This document shows, piece by piece, positions 1 to 8,566 of a stretch of DNA of 64,000 nt. The stretch lies in assembly GCA_963796055.1 (NCBI GenBank), contig CAWCKH010000004.1:416001-480000 (forward strand). The letters are read 5' to 3'. Origin of the DNA: an uncultured delta proteobacterium (GTDB lineage: Bacteria > Myxococcota > Myxococcia > Myxococcales > Myxococcaceae). The position numbers and the translations under genes were made by a program. The notes under the pieces are model-generated. The model searched no databases and was not told where the DNA came from. It worked only from the letters and a program-made list of their open reading frames with translations. Positions within the stretch are counted from its first letter, which is position 1. Every line of letters begins with the position of its first letter.

Positions 1-1
1 G

Positions 2-172
2 CCGACGCTGATCCTGGTGGGCGACCACGACCAGTCCGACCCGGCGATGTCTCGCGAGATGAACGCCAAGATTCCGGGGTCCAAGCTGGTCGTGCTTCCG
101 AACTCGGGGCACATGACCTTCGTCGACCAGCCGGACCTGTTCGTGAAGGCGATCACCGACTTCGTCCGCTGA
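2..172 (+). CDS. alpha/beta hydrolase, C-terminal part (runs off the left edge)
   Basis: Reads PTLILVGDHDQSDP...IPGSKLVVLPNSGHMTFVDQPDLF...*, the catalytic Asp and His region of an alpha/beta hydrolase. Confidence 0.85.
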   Translation, partial: PTLILVGDHDQSDPAMSREMNAKIPGSKLVVLPNSGHMTFVDQPDLFVKAITDFVR

Positions 173-178
173 GCGCGT

Positions 179-976
179 CTACGAGGGCAGGACCAGCTTC
201 CGGGTGCGGTTGCCGAGAATGCCGACCGCCGTCCCTCGGGGGAGGATCCGCCGCATCAGGAAGGAGGCGAAACGGTTGAAGCGCCCGGGGATCATCAGCC
301 CGGAGTGGCCGAGCCGTCCGAGCGCCTCTTCCACGGCCTGAGCCGGCTCGATCATCCCGGGCTCTCCCTGGGGCGAGGCGCGCAGAAAGCCCGGGGTCCG
401 GGTCGCTCCCGCGGCGCAGGCGAGCACGTCTACCCCGCGCGCGCGCAGCTCGAACCACAGGCCTTCCCCGAGCACCAGGTTGAACGCCTTGGTCGCGCCG
501 TAGGCGGCGATGAACGGGCTGCCCTGGAACCCGGTGAGTGACGACATCAGGACCAGCCCGCCCCGTCCGCGCGCCGCCATCCGCCTGCCCAGCACGTGCG
601 CCATCGTCAGAGGTCCGCGGCAGTTCACGTCCACGCTGCGCAGCTGGTCGTCGAGCGCCAGATCCAGGAACTGCCCGCGCGGCGCATGCGCGGCGTTGAA
701 GAGCCCGAAGCCCACCTCCAGCTCCTGGCTCAGCCGCTCGACCTCGACGCCGAAGTCCGGGCTGGCGAGATCCAGGCAGACGGTGCGCACCTCGACGGCG
801 CGCCGGGCGCGGATCGAGGCGGCCGTGGCCTCGAGCACCTCGCGGCGGCGGGCGATGAGCACCAGATGCAGCCCCCGCGCGGCGAGCGCCTCGGCCCACG
901 CCGCCCCGAGCCCCTCGGAGGCGCCAGCCACGATCGCCCAGCGTCCGTACCTGCGCACGAAGCTCTCGTCGCTCAC
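179..976 (-). CDS. SDR family oxidoreductase (HSD17B/ketoacyl reductase-like)
   Basis: AGASEGLG Rossmann motif, FNAA, YGATK catalytic YxxxK. Confidence 0.9.
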   Translation of the reverse strand: MSDESFVRRYGRWAIVAGASEGLGAAWAEALAARGLHLVLIARRREVLEATAASIRARRAVEVRTVCLDLASPDFGVEVERLSQELEVGFGLFNAAHAPRGQFLDLALDDQLRSVDVNCRGPLTMAHVLGRRMAARGRGGLVLMSSLTGFQGSPFIAAYGATKAFNLVLGEGLWFELRARGVDVLACAAGATRTPGFLRASPQGEPGMIEPAQAVEEALGRLGHSGLMIPGRFNRFASFLMRRILPRGTAVGILGNRTRKLVLPS

Positions 977-986
977 CGGGGTGTCC

Positions 987-2054
987 TCAATAGATGAAGG
1001 GAACGATGCGCCACCGCACCCGCTCCCGGTAGGTGTTCCACAGCGGGCCGTACTTCTCGGCGCAGCGGCGGTCGTCGTCCAGCTGCCGCGGCACCAGGAG
1101 CGCGAGGTAGTAGAGCGGGTACAGCCAGGGGCCGAGCACGTCCGGATGACCGAGGCTCAAGCTCAGAGCGGACGCCATCAACAGCTCTCCGAGGTAGTTG
1201 ATGTGGCGCGAGAGGCCCCAGAAGCCACTCACCAGCACCCGACCCTCGAGCGCCTCGGGAGAGAGCACCCCGAACGCTTTCCGGGATGGGTCGCGCTTGA
1301 ACCAGTACTTCTGGAGGTTCGCGCCACGGGCGAGCACCCACCCGATGAAGAAGAGAACCGCGATCGGCGCGTACGCCCACCCGGGCCACTGCGGGTTGGG
1401 AAGCTCGGCGGTCGTCCACAGACCGACGGCGTAGAAGAACGGGTAGAAGCAGAAGCAGCCCCAACCGAGCTTGAAACCGACGCGTTCGGCGACGAAGTCG
1501 TAGGTGTAGAGGTGCACCTGCTCGAAGAGGAGGTACTCGACGAGAAAGAAGCCGAAGAGCACCAGGTACAGGATCACGCCGGGCGACGGGTCTGCCGCCT
1601 GCACCAGGAAGTGGTGCGCTCCGAACGACATGAGATTTAGCTCGAGCATCACCGCCCCGAGCAGGTAGAGGAACATCTTGACGTCGACCCGTCCCCCGAG
1701 CCACCGCGGCTGCTCGAGCCGACCGAGGTAGAGCTGTTTGCCGAGACTCCAGCCGGGCACCTTCGGGGCCGGCAGCACGACGAACAGGGTGAAGAGCACT
1801 CCCAGAGCGCTGGCGCCGGCGGCCATCTCCCAGCGGTGGACGTAGAACGCGTCCCACGCCAGCCACCCTGCGCGGCAGACGCCCACCCAGGCTGCGACGC
1901 TCACCGCGAACACCAGCGGGCCGTTGAGTCGGTAGCCGAGCGGAACGCCACGCGCATCACGCACGTAGCCTTCGACCCGGCGCGCCGGCAACAACGCGTG
2001 GAGCGCGAAGATGCCGCCGGCGATGACCAGAGGCCAGGCGAACGCGAACGACAC
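987..2054 (-). CDS. ERG4/ERG24-family sterol reductase (delta14-sterol reductase-like)
   Basis: Multi-TM; YRLNG, ERVGFKLGWG, ANLQKY, GFWGLSRHINYLGE, DDRRCAEKYG...YRERVRWRIVPFIY family motifs. Confidence 0.85.
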   Translation of the reverse strand: MSFAFAWPLVIAGGIFALHALLPARRVEGYVRDARGVPLGYRLNGPLVFAVSVAAWVGVCRAGWLAWDAFYVHRWEMAAGASALGVLFTLFVVLPAPKVPGWSLGKQLYLGRLEQPRWLGGRVDVKMFLYLLGAVMLELNLMSFGAHHFLVQAADPSPGVILYLVLFGFFLVEYLLFEQVHLYTYDFVAERVGFKLGWGCFCFYPFFYAVGLWTTAELPNPQWPGWAYAPIAVLFFIGWVLARGANLQKYWFKRDPSRKAFGVLSPEALEGRVLVSGFWGLSRHINYLGELLMASALSLSLGHPDVLGPWLYPLYYLALLVPRQLDDDRRCAEKYGPLWNTYRERVRWRIVPFIY

Positions 2055-2203
2055 GGGAGCACCCTAGCAGCCCGCCCCCCGCCCGCCCGAGACCCCGTGG
2101 CGGGCGACACCGCGCCTCCGAGGGTCGGCCGCTGCGTCAACCGGAGTGCTGTTCAAGGCCGCGGAACGGGCCTGGGCCTCGTCACCTGTGGCAGGGTTCA
2201 CCC

Positions 2204-3992
2204 GTGGCCAGCCCCGACGACGTCATTCCAGAGCTCCCGAAACTGCCGCCGGGTTCGGAGTTCGCGTACCTCGAAGCCAGGCGCCACGAGATTTTCGCCC
2301 CACTCGACGAGGCCGACATTCCCCGCGTCGCCCGTTTCGGGGAGCGCCGCTCCTATCCAGATGGAGCCATGCTGTTCGAGGTGGGGAAGCCCGGACCGGG
2401 GATGTACATGCTCCTCTCCGGGCGGGTGGTCTTCGGCCGCCGCGATGCCCTCGGGCGAAGGATCCCCGTCTGGGAGCGCCGGGGGCCGGGCCACGTTCTC
2501 GCCGAGGTCGGACAGCTTTCGGGGGCCGATGCCCTGCTGGATGTCCAGGCCTGCGGCCCGGTGGAGGTGGTGCTCATTCCTCCGGAGGGCCTCCGGACCC
2601 TGCTCGTCACCGAGGTCGACCTGGGTGGGCGCATCCTCCGCACCCTCACCCTCCGGCGGCTCGGCTTGCTGGCGCTCGGCTTCGGTGGGCCGGTTCTGAT
2701 GGGCTCTCCCGGTGATTCCCGGCTGCGAGCGCTCCAGGAATTCCTCGTGCGCAGCGGCCACCCCCATTCGGTCCTCGACCCCCAGACCGACGGTGATGCC
2801 GCGGACGTGGTCTCCCGCCATGCGTCGGGGCCGGAGGATCTGCCTCTGGTCGTCTGCCCCGGCGGATCGGTTCTCAAGAACCCGGGGGACATCGCCCTGG
2901 GCAGGTACCTGAACGTCCTGCCCAACTCCATCCGGGAGCGCGGCTACGACGTCGCCGTGGTTGGGGCGGGGCCGTCCGGCCTCGCGACCGCGGTCTACGC
3001 GGCCTCGGAGGGTCTCTCGATCCTGGTCATCGACGCCCGGGGATTCGGGGGGCAGGCCGGCGCCAGCGCACGGATCGAGAACTTCTTCGGCTTCACCACC
3101 GGGATCACCGGCCAGGAGCTCGTCGGGCGAGGCTTCACCCAGGCTCAGAAGTTCGGGGCCGAGTTCGCCATGCCAGCGGTGGTGACCGGGCTCTTGTGCC
3201 ATCCACGAGAGGCCTCGACCACGCCGCTCTCCCTCTCTCTCGACGATGGGCGGACGGTCTCCAGCCGCGCCGTCGTCATCGCCTCCGGTGCGCGCTACCG
3301 CCGCCCGTCGATCCCCGACCTTCAAGAATTCGAGGGGCGCGGGGTCTCCTACTGGGCCTCTCCCATCGAAGCCCGCGGTTGCCGGGGACGAGACGTGGTG
3401 CTGATCGGCGGTGGGAACTCCGCGGGACAGGCCGCGGTCTTTCTCTCCGGCCATGCAGCCCGGGTTCTGCTGCTGGTCCGGGGCCCGTCGCTGTCCCAGA
3501 CGATGTCGCGCTACCTCGTGGAGCGGATTGGCGCCACCTCCAACATCCAAGTCCAGCCCTTCACCGAGCTCACCGGGTTGAAGGGGAACGAGCAAGGAGA
3601 GCTGGAGAGGATCCGGTGGAAGAACCATCGGACCGGGTCCGAGACCGAGGCAGACATCGGTCACGTCTTCGTGTTCGTCGGCGCCGAACCGGCGACCGAA
3701 TGGCTCCGGGGCTGCGACGTCGCGCTCGACACGAAGGGTTTCGTGAAGACCGGGGTCGATTCTCAGCCTTCAGGAGCTGGTTCGCGCCGGGCGGAGAGAG
3801 GTTCCCCGCCCGCTGGAGACCAACGTGCCAGGTGTCTTCGCCATCGGCGACGTGCGGTCCGGTTCGGTGAAACGCGTCGGGGGCGCGATCGGCGAAGGAG
3901 CGGCCGTGGTCGCCCAGCTTCACACCTACCTGGCCGATCTGGCCGAGCGGAGGCAGGGGCCTTCCGACGAGCTGGCGGACCGTCAGCGCTGA
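2204..3992 (+). CDS. cNMP-binding domain + thioredoxin-reductase-like FAD oxidoreductase, with an apparent +1 frameshift near 3760
   Basis: N-terminal cNMP domain; GAGPSG, GGQAGASARIEN, GGGNSAGQAA motifs; conserved tail LETNVPGVFAIGDVRSGSVKRV lies in another frame from 3813 and stops at 3990-3992. Confidence 0.8.
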
Positions 3993-4138
3993 CGCCGCAA
4001 GATGCGAAACGCGAGCCCATGGGTGAGAAGCAAGAGCGGCACCAGGGCGGTCGGAATGAAGTACGCAGCGCCTTGAAGCCCGGGGTCGAGGTCCACGCCG
4101 GTGCGATTGCCCTGGTAGTAGGCGTTGAGCAGGTGCCG
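3983..4138 (-). pseudogene. C-terminal remnant of a membrane protein
   Basis: RHLLNAYYQGNRTGVDLDPGLQGAAYFIPTALVPLLLLTHGLAFRILRRQR*; no start codon; begins directly after the stop of the upstream gene. Confidence 0.55.
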
Positions 4139-5056
4139 TCAGAGCAGGGCCTCGGCCTGCTTGACCAGCTCGTCGTCGTCGAAGCGTTTTGCAAGCGCCA
4201 GGGCCTCCTCCGCATGCTTGCGCCGTTCCAGAGGATTCTTCGCCGTTCGCGCCAGCCGCAGTTGGACCTGGATCGCCACGAGGTTGCTCCCGCAGCGCGT
4301 CGCCGTCGCCAGCGCCTCCCCCAGCAGCCCCGGGATCTTCTCCCGGGACCGGTTCGCCTTCTCGTAGAAGTCGGCCAGGGTGATCTGCGCGAACGCCGAC
4401 AGCACGCAGGCGTTTCCCTCCAGCCGCAGCCGCGCCGACTCCACGAAGCCCTTCTCCGCCTGATCGAGGTGGCCCCGGTCCTCCTCACTGGCGGCCAGAT
4501 GCCGGTGGAAGAACGATTCGAGGACTCCATCCTTCAGCGAGCGCGCCTGGGCCAGGCCCTTGCGGAATCGCTCGTCCCCGGCGTCCAGGCGGTTCTGCTG
4601 CTGCTCGACCAGGCCGAGGTAGAACCAGGCCTCGGCCTCGCCTCGGGTGTCTTTCACCTCTGCGTAGAGCTTCTGGGCGCGCTCGAAGAGCTCTTGCGAC
4701 ACACCCCACTGCTTGTTCTTGAACGCCCGCCAGTAGAAGAGCCGGCCTCGGCTCATCAGGGCATCGGCCAGCAGCCCGGAGTCCTTTCCATGCTCCGCGA
4801 GCGCGAGCGCCTCGGCCGACGTCTGGTCGGCGAGCTGCTCGTCCTGGAGATGGTAGGAATTGCTGGTCACCTGCGCCCGGGCCAGCAGCACGGAAGTACG
4901 GACCCGTGCCCCGGCGTCGGCGCCGCCGTCGGTCGCAGCGAGCTGGTGTCTCAGCCCGCCGAGCACCTGTTCCCACTCCCCGCGGTAGAGACGGCCGTCG
5001 AGCTCCTCCGCCGGGGTGCCGGAGAGCACGGCGAGGACGATCAGAGCAGGATTCAC
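4139..5056 (-). CDS. exported TPR-like helical repeat protein
   Basis: Hydrophobic N-terminus; Ala/Leu/Glu-rich TPR-like repeats (AEAWFYLGLVEQQQNRLDA). Confidence 0.75.
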   Translation of the reverse strand: MNPALIVLAVLSGTPAEELDGRLYRGEWEQVLGGLRHQLAATDGGADAGARVRTSVLLARAQVTSNSYHLQDEQLADQTSAEALALAEHGKDSGLLADALMSRGRLFYWRAFKNKQWGVSQELFERAQKLYAEVKDTRGEAEAWFYLGLVEQQQNRLDAGDERFRKGLAQARSLKDGVLESFFHRHLAASEEDRGHLDQAEKGFVESARLRLEGNACVLSAFAQITLADFYEKANRSREKIPGLLGEALATATRCGSNLVAIQVQLRLARTAKNPLERRKHAEEALALAKRFDDDELVKQAEALL

Positions 5057-5190
5057 CCGCCGACCCTAACCAGACCAAGCCCCCCGGCCCTCGCTTTGCA
5101 GCCGGCCGTCTAGGGGAGCCTGCGAAGCCAGCCACGCCGGATTCTGAGGCTCCCGACATCCGCGACGAACACGAGCCTCGACCGCCCTGA

Positions 5191-5215
5191 CCGGCGCACC
5201 GTCGCCGTGCGCCGG
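5191..5215. terminator. GC-rich hairpin, possible terminator
   Basis: CCGGCGCAC-7nt-GTGCGCCGG perfect 9-bp stem just downstream of the VOC remnant stop; no U-tract. Confidence 0.3.
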
Positions 5216-5228
5216 CGCGTGGCACGCC

Positions 5229-5381
5229 TCAGGCTGGTCCCTCGGCCTCCAGCACCGAGAGGATGTTGCCCCCCGGGTCCGTGAACCAGGCGATGGTGGG
5301 GCCCTCGCCGCGGAAGATCCCCTGGTCGTCCGTCTGGTAGGGCCCTTCCCGGTAGACCTGGAAGCGGACGCCGCGCTCGCC
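5229..5381 (-). pseudogene. VOC/glyoxalase family, C-terminal remnant
   Basis: [10 protein letters not shown]...[29 protein letters not shown]; upstream in-frame sequence is not protein-like. Confidence 0.7.
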
Positions 5382-5404
5382 CCGAGAATCGGTCCGGTGG
5401 CCCC

Positions 5405-5479
5405 TCAGGCGCGTCGCCGCCTCAGTGCCCGCAGCATCAACATGAGCAGCACCGCCCCGACGAAGGCGATGACCACGCA
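5405..5479 (-). pseudogene. last TM helix of a GlsB/YeaQ/YmgE-like small membrane protein (remnant)
   Basis: [24 protein letters not shown]. Confidence 0.4.
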
Positions 5480-5661
5480 AGCACGGGGACGACCGGGACG
5501 GGCAGCACGGGAACCACCGGCACGACGGGCTCCGGCTCGACCACCGAGACGCCCCGGCGCTAGCGGCAGTCTGGCGTGAGGGCCGGGACCGGGCACCCCG
5601 GCCCTCACCGTTCCAGGGCACGCAACACGGCCTTCATCACCCTCGGGGCCGCGAGCCTCGG

Positions 5662-6399
5662 CTACCAGACCAGCGGGATGACCCTCCAGCGGACCTTCCG
5701 GACGTAGTCGGAGTAGCCCGGCAGCTCCTCGCGCAGAAAGCGCTCCTCGATGCGCACGCGAAGCACGAGGATCGCGATGGGGACGAGGGCCAGGAGCGCT
5801 CCGGCGTAAGAGCCGAGCCACAGCGGCATCCCCGCCATCAGCAGGATCGCACCCGCGTACATCGGATGGCGGACGACGCGATAGACGCCGGTCTGGACGA
5901 CGAACTGCCCGCGCTCCACCTGATGCTTGACCACCGGGGCGGCGAAGGCATTCTCGCGCAAGGTCAGGGCAATCACCGTCCAGCCTGCGACGAACATCAG
6001 GAGCCCGAATGTCGCGAGGCCGGGCCCCGGTCCCCCGAGCATCCGGAACCGGAAGACGTCGAGCGGGATGAAGGCCACCAGCGCCACGAACGAGAGCAGC
6101 AGTGCCGTGACCAGGATCCGGTCGGCGAGCGGCTGACCTCGCTGCAAGGGCGGCTTGTATCGCTCGTCGAGGAGATCGGGCCGGGTCCGGAAGATGCCGA
6201 ACATCGTGATCGCGGAGGCGAGGACCACCACGCCCAGGAACACCCACGCGCGCGGCCAGTCGAGCGTCCCGGTGGGAACGAGGAGCAAGACTCCGAAGAT
6301 GGCCGCCGGATAGACGACTCCTCCGACCAGCTTGAGGATGAAAGGAAGCGTCGAGCGACCGGGTGAACCCGGCGACGCCGCGTCGGAGGATCGCCCCAT
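5662..6399 (-). CDS. isoprenylcysteine carboxyl methyltransferase (ICMT/PEMT) family protein
   Basis: ENAFAAPVV, TGVYRVVRHPMYAG, RIEERFLREELPGYSDY motifs. Confidence 0.9.
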   Translation of the reverse strand: MGRSSDAASPGSPGRSTLPFILKLVGGVVYPAAIFGVLLLVPTGTLDWPRAWVFLGVVVLASAITMFGIFRTRPDLLDERYKPPLQRGQPLADRILVTALLLSFVALVAFIPLDVFRFRMLGGPGPGLATFGLLMFVAGWTVIALTLRENAFAAPVVKHQVERGQFVVQTGVYRVVRHPMYAGAILLMAGMPLWLGSYAGALLALVPIAILVLRVRIEERFLREELPGYSDYVRKVRWRVIPLVW

Positions 6400-6519
6400 G
6401 TCGCCCGGGATCTAACTGCGGCGAGGTCCGATTCACGATCCCAGCAGCGTTCGTGACCAGACGGCGGGGAGCCTGGAATACCAGCCTGCGCCCTCGCGTC
6501 GAACATCCATGAGGATGCA

Positions 6520-7146
6520 ATGATCAACAGACTGCTCGCAATCGCCTTGGTTTCCTTCCCTTTTCTGGCCGCCGCACAGGTGGGGGCTCCCGACTCCGCC
6601 CCGCCCTCGGCCGCGGTCGAGCCTCCCGCTCCGCCGCCCGAGTCGGCTCCTCCGCCTCCGCCGGCCACCTTCGCGCCGCCCCCGCAGGCCGCTCGCGCCG
6701 CTCCGCCGCAGGCCGAGAGCGTGACTCTGCCGCCGACCGACGGGCAGTGGGTCTACACCAGCCAGTACGGCTGGGTCTGGATGCCCTACGGTGCCCGGTA
6801 CACTTACCTTCCGGTGGGCGGCGCCGTCCCGGACATGTACGTCTACTACCCTGCCTTCGGATGGCGGTGGGTGGTCGCGCCGTGGGTCTGGGGGCTCGGA
6901 CCGCAACCCTACTTCGGCGTCCACGGCGTGGTTCGCTTCACCTGGTGGGGCCGCGGCTTCGGCCGCTGGTACGGCTTCGCGCCGCGCTACGTCGGCTGGG
7001 GCGGGCGCGGGTACTGGGGTGGAGGGCGCTGGGTTGCTCCCCACCGCGTCTACGTCGCCCCGCACGTCGTCGCCCGGGCACCCGCGCGACTCGGGGTCCG
7101 CGGCTGGCATGGCGAGCGGGCCGCGCACGGACACGAGCATCGCTGA
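6520..7146 (+). CDS. secreted protein, Pro-rich then Trp/Gly/Tyr-rich
   Basis: Signal peptide; Pro-rich linker; GQWVYTSQYGWVWMPYG and YYPAFGWRWVVAPWVWG; GAGGA before the ATG. Confidence 0.75.
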   Translation: MINRLLAIALVSFPFLAAAQVGAPDSAPPSAAVEPPAPPPESAPPPPPATFAPPPQAARAAPPQAESVTLPPTDGQWVYTSQYGWVWMPYGARYTYLPVGGAVPDMYVYYPAFGWRWVVAPWVWGLGPQPYFGVHGVVRFTWWGRGFGRWYGFAPRYVGWGGRGYWGGGRWVAPHRVYVAPHVVARAPARLGVRGWHGERAAHGHEHR

Positions 7147-7257
7147 GGCTGCAGCCCCGCGTCCGTCGTTTCCGTGCGCGCGCGCCGAGCACTGGTAAGG
7201 TGACGGCCTGACGCCGGCGGCTCGGTTCGGTCGTCGGTGGAGGAGGGCTAGGCCGCG

Positions 7258-8547
7258 ATGCTCCACAGGCGGGAGATCTCGCTCGTCGTCGCGCTCTCGT
7301 GCTCTGGCTGCGCCCTGATCTCCACCGCCGCACGGGCGGCCGGCTTCCTCTTCTACGAGACCGGAACCGCGGAGGTCGGCGCCGCCTCTGCCGGTCACGC
7401 CGCACGGGCCATCGATCCCTCGACCCTGCTCACCAACCCCGCGGGGATGACGCAGCTGCAGGGCACGCAGGTCCAGCTCGGAACACTGCTGGTCTACGGG
7501 CATCTCCACTTCGCTCCCGATTCGCAGACCGACGCCCGGCTGGGAGCGAACGACGGAGGCAATGCCGTCGGCGCGCTTCCCACCATCGGTGCCTTCGCCA
7601 CCTTCGCGCCGAACGAAGATCTGCGCTTCGGGGTGGGACTGTTCAACAACTTCGGCGCTCCCCAGTCCTGGGACCCGCCGTGGGTGGGCCGCTACTACAC
7701 GACCAAGACGACGCTCCTCGGATTCTCGCTCATGCCGGGCGTCGCCTGGCACATCGCCGACCGGCTCTCGGTGGGCGCGGCAGTCAACGTCATGTACGGC
7801 TACCTCAAGCAGGTGGCGGCAGTGCAGAACCTCGAGCCGCAGGCGACCGACGGGAGCATCGAGGTCTCCTCGAGCACCTGGGGATTCGGCGCCAACGCCG
7901 GCATCCTCTACGCCCTGTCTCCTGCGACGCGTTTCGGCCTCACCTACACCTCGCCGGTGAAGCTGAACTTCACCTCCACGCCGAGCTTCAGCGGCCTCGG
8001 CCCGGGGATCGGGGCCGCCCTTCGTGCCACCGGGCTGGACACCGCGGTGATCGATCTCGGGATGAAGGTTCCCCAGACGGTGATGCTCGGCTTCTCCCAG
8101 GCGATCGACGACCGCTGGACCGTCATGGGGGACGTGGGGTGGCAAAACTGGGCGGCGTTCGGGGCGGTCGAGATCGGGGTCACCATCTCCGACCCCAGGA
8201 GCCTGGTGACACAGATCAGCTATCGCGACACCTGGCACGCGGCGTTCGGGGCTCAGGTGCGGCTCTCCGAGCCCTGGCTGCTGAACTTCGGGATCGCCTA
8301 CGACTCCTCGATGACCAGCGACGACAACCGGAGCCTCTCGCTCTCGCTCGCCAGCCAGCTCCGACTCGGCGTTGGTGCACAGGTGGCGATCGACAAACAC
8401 TGGGACCTCGGGATGGCGTCCGAGCTCCTCTGGGGTGGAAGCCCGACGATCGATCGAGAGAACGGACCATTCTCCGGGCATGTCTCCGGGAGCTACGCCA
8501 GCACCTGGATTCTCTTCTTCGCCTTCAGCTTCACCTGGAAGGCATGA
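7258..8547 (+). CDS. fadL: OmpP1/FadL family outer-membrane long-chain fatty acid/hydrophobic compound channel
   Basis: Signal peptide, then AGFLFYE...ASAGHAA...TNPAGMTQL hatch motif; beta-barrel pattern; aromatic C-terminus. Confidence 0.85.
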   Translation: MLHRREISLVVALSCSGCALISTAARAAGFLFYETGTAEVGAASAGHAARAIDPSTLLTNPAGMTQLQGTQVQLGTLLVYGHLHFAPDSQTDARLGANDGGNAVGALPTIGAFATFAPNEDLRFGVGLFNNFGAPQSWDPPWVGRYYTTKTTLLGFSLMPGVAWHIADRLSVGAAVNVMYGYLKQVAAVQNLEPQATDGSIEVSSSTWGFGANAGILYALSPATRFGLTYTSPVKLNFTSTPSFSGLGPGIGAALRATGLDTAVIDLGMKVPQTVMLGFSQAIDDRWTVMGDVGWQNWAAFGAVEIGVTISDPRSLVTQISYRDTWHAAFGAQVRLSEPWLLNFGIAYDSSMTSDDNRSLSLSLASQLRLGVGAQVAIDKHWDLGMASELLWGGSPTIDRENGPFSGHVSGSYASTWILFFAFSFTWKA

Positions 8548-8566
8548 GCGAGGGAGCCCCTCGCCC

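Noticed and set aside
2204..5113. 969-aa ORF as a real multidomain protein
   Set aside because: Beyond about 3760 it is off-frame read-through, antisense to the TPR gene.
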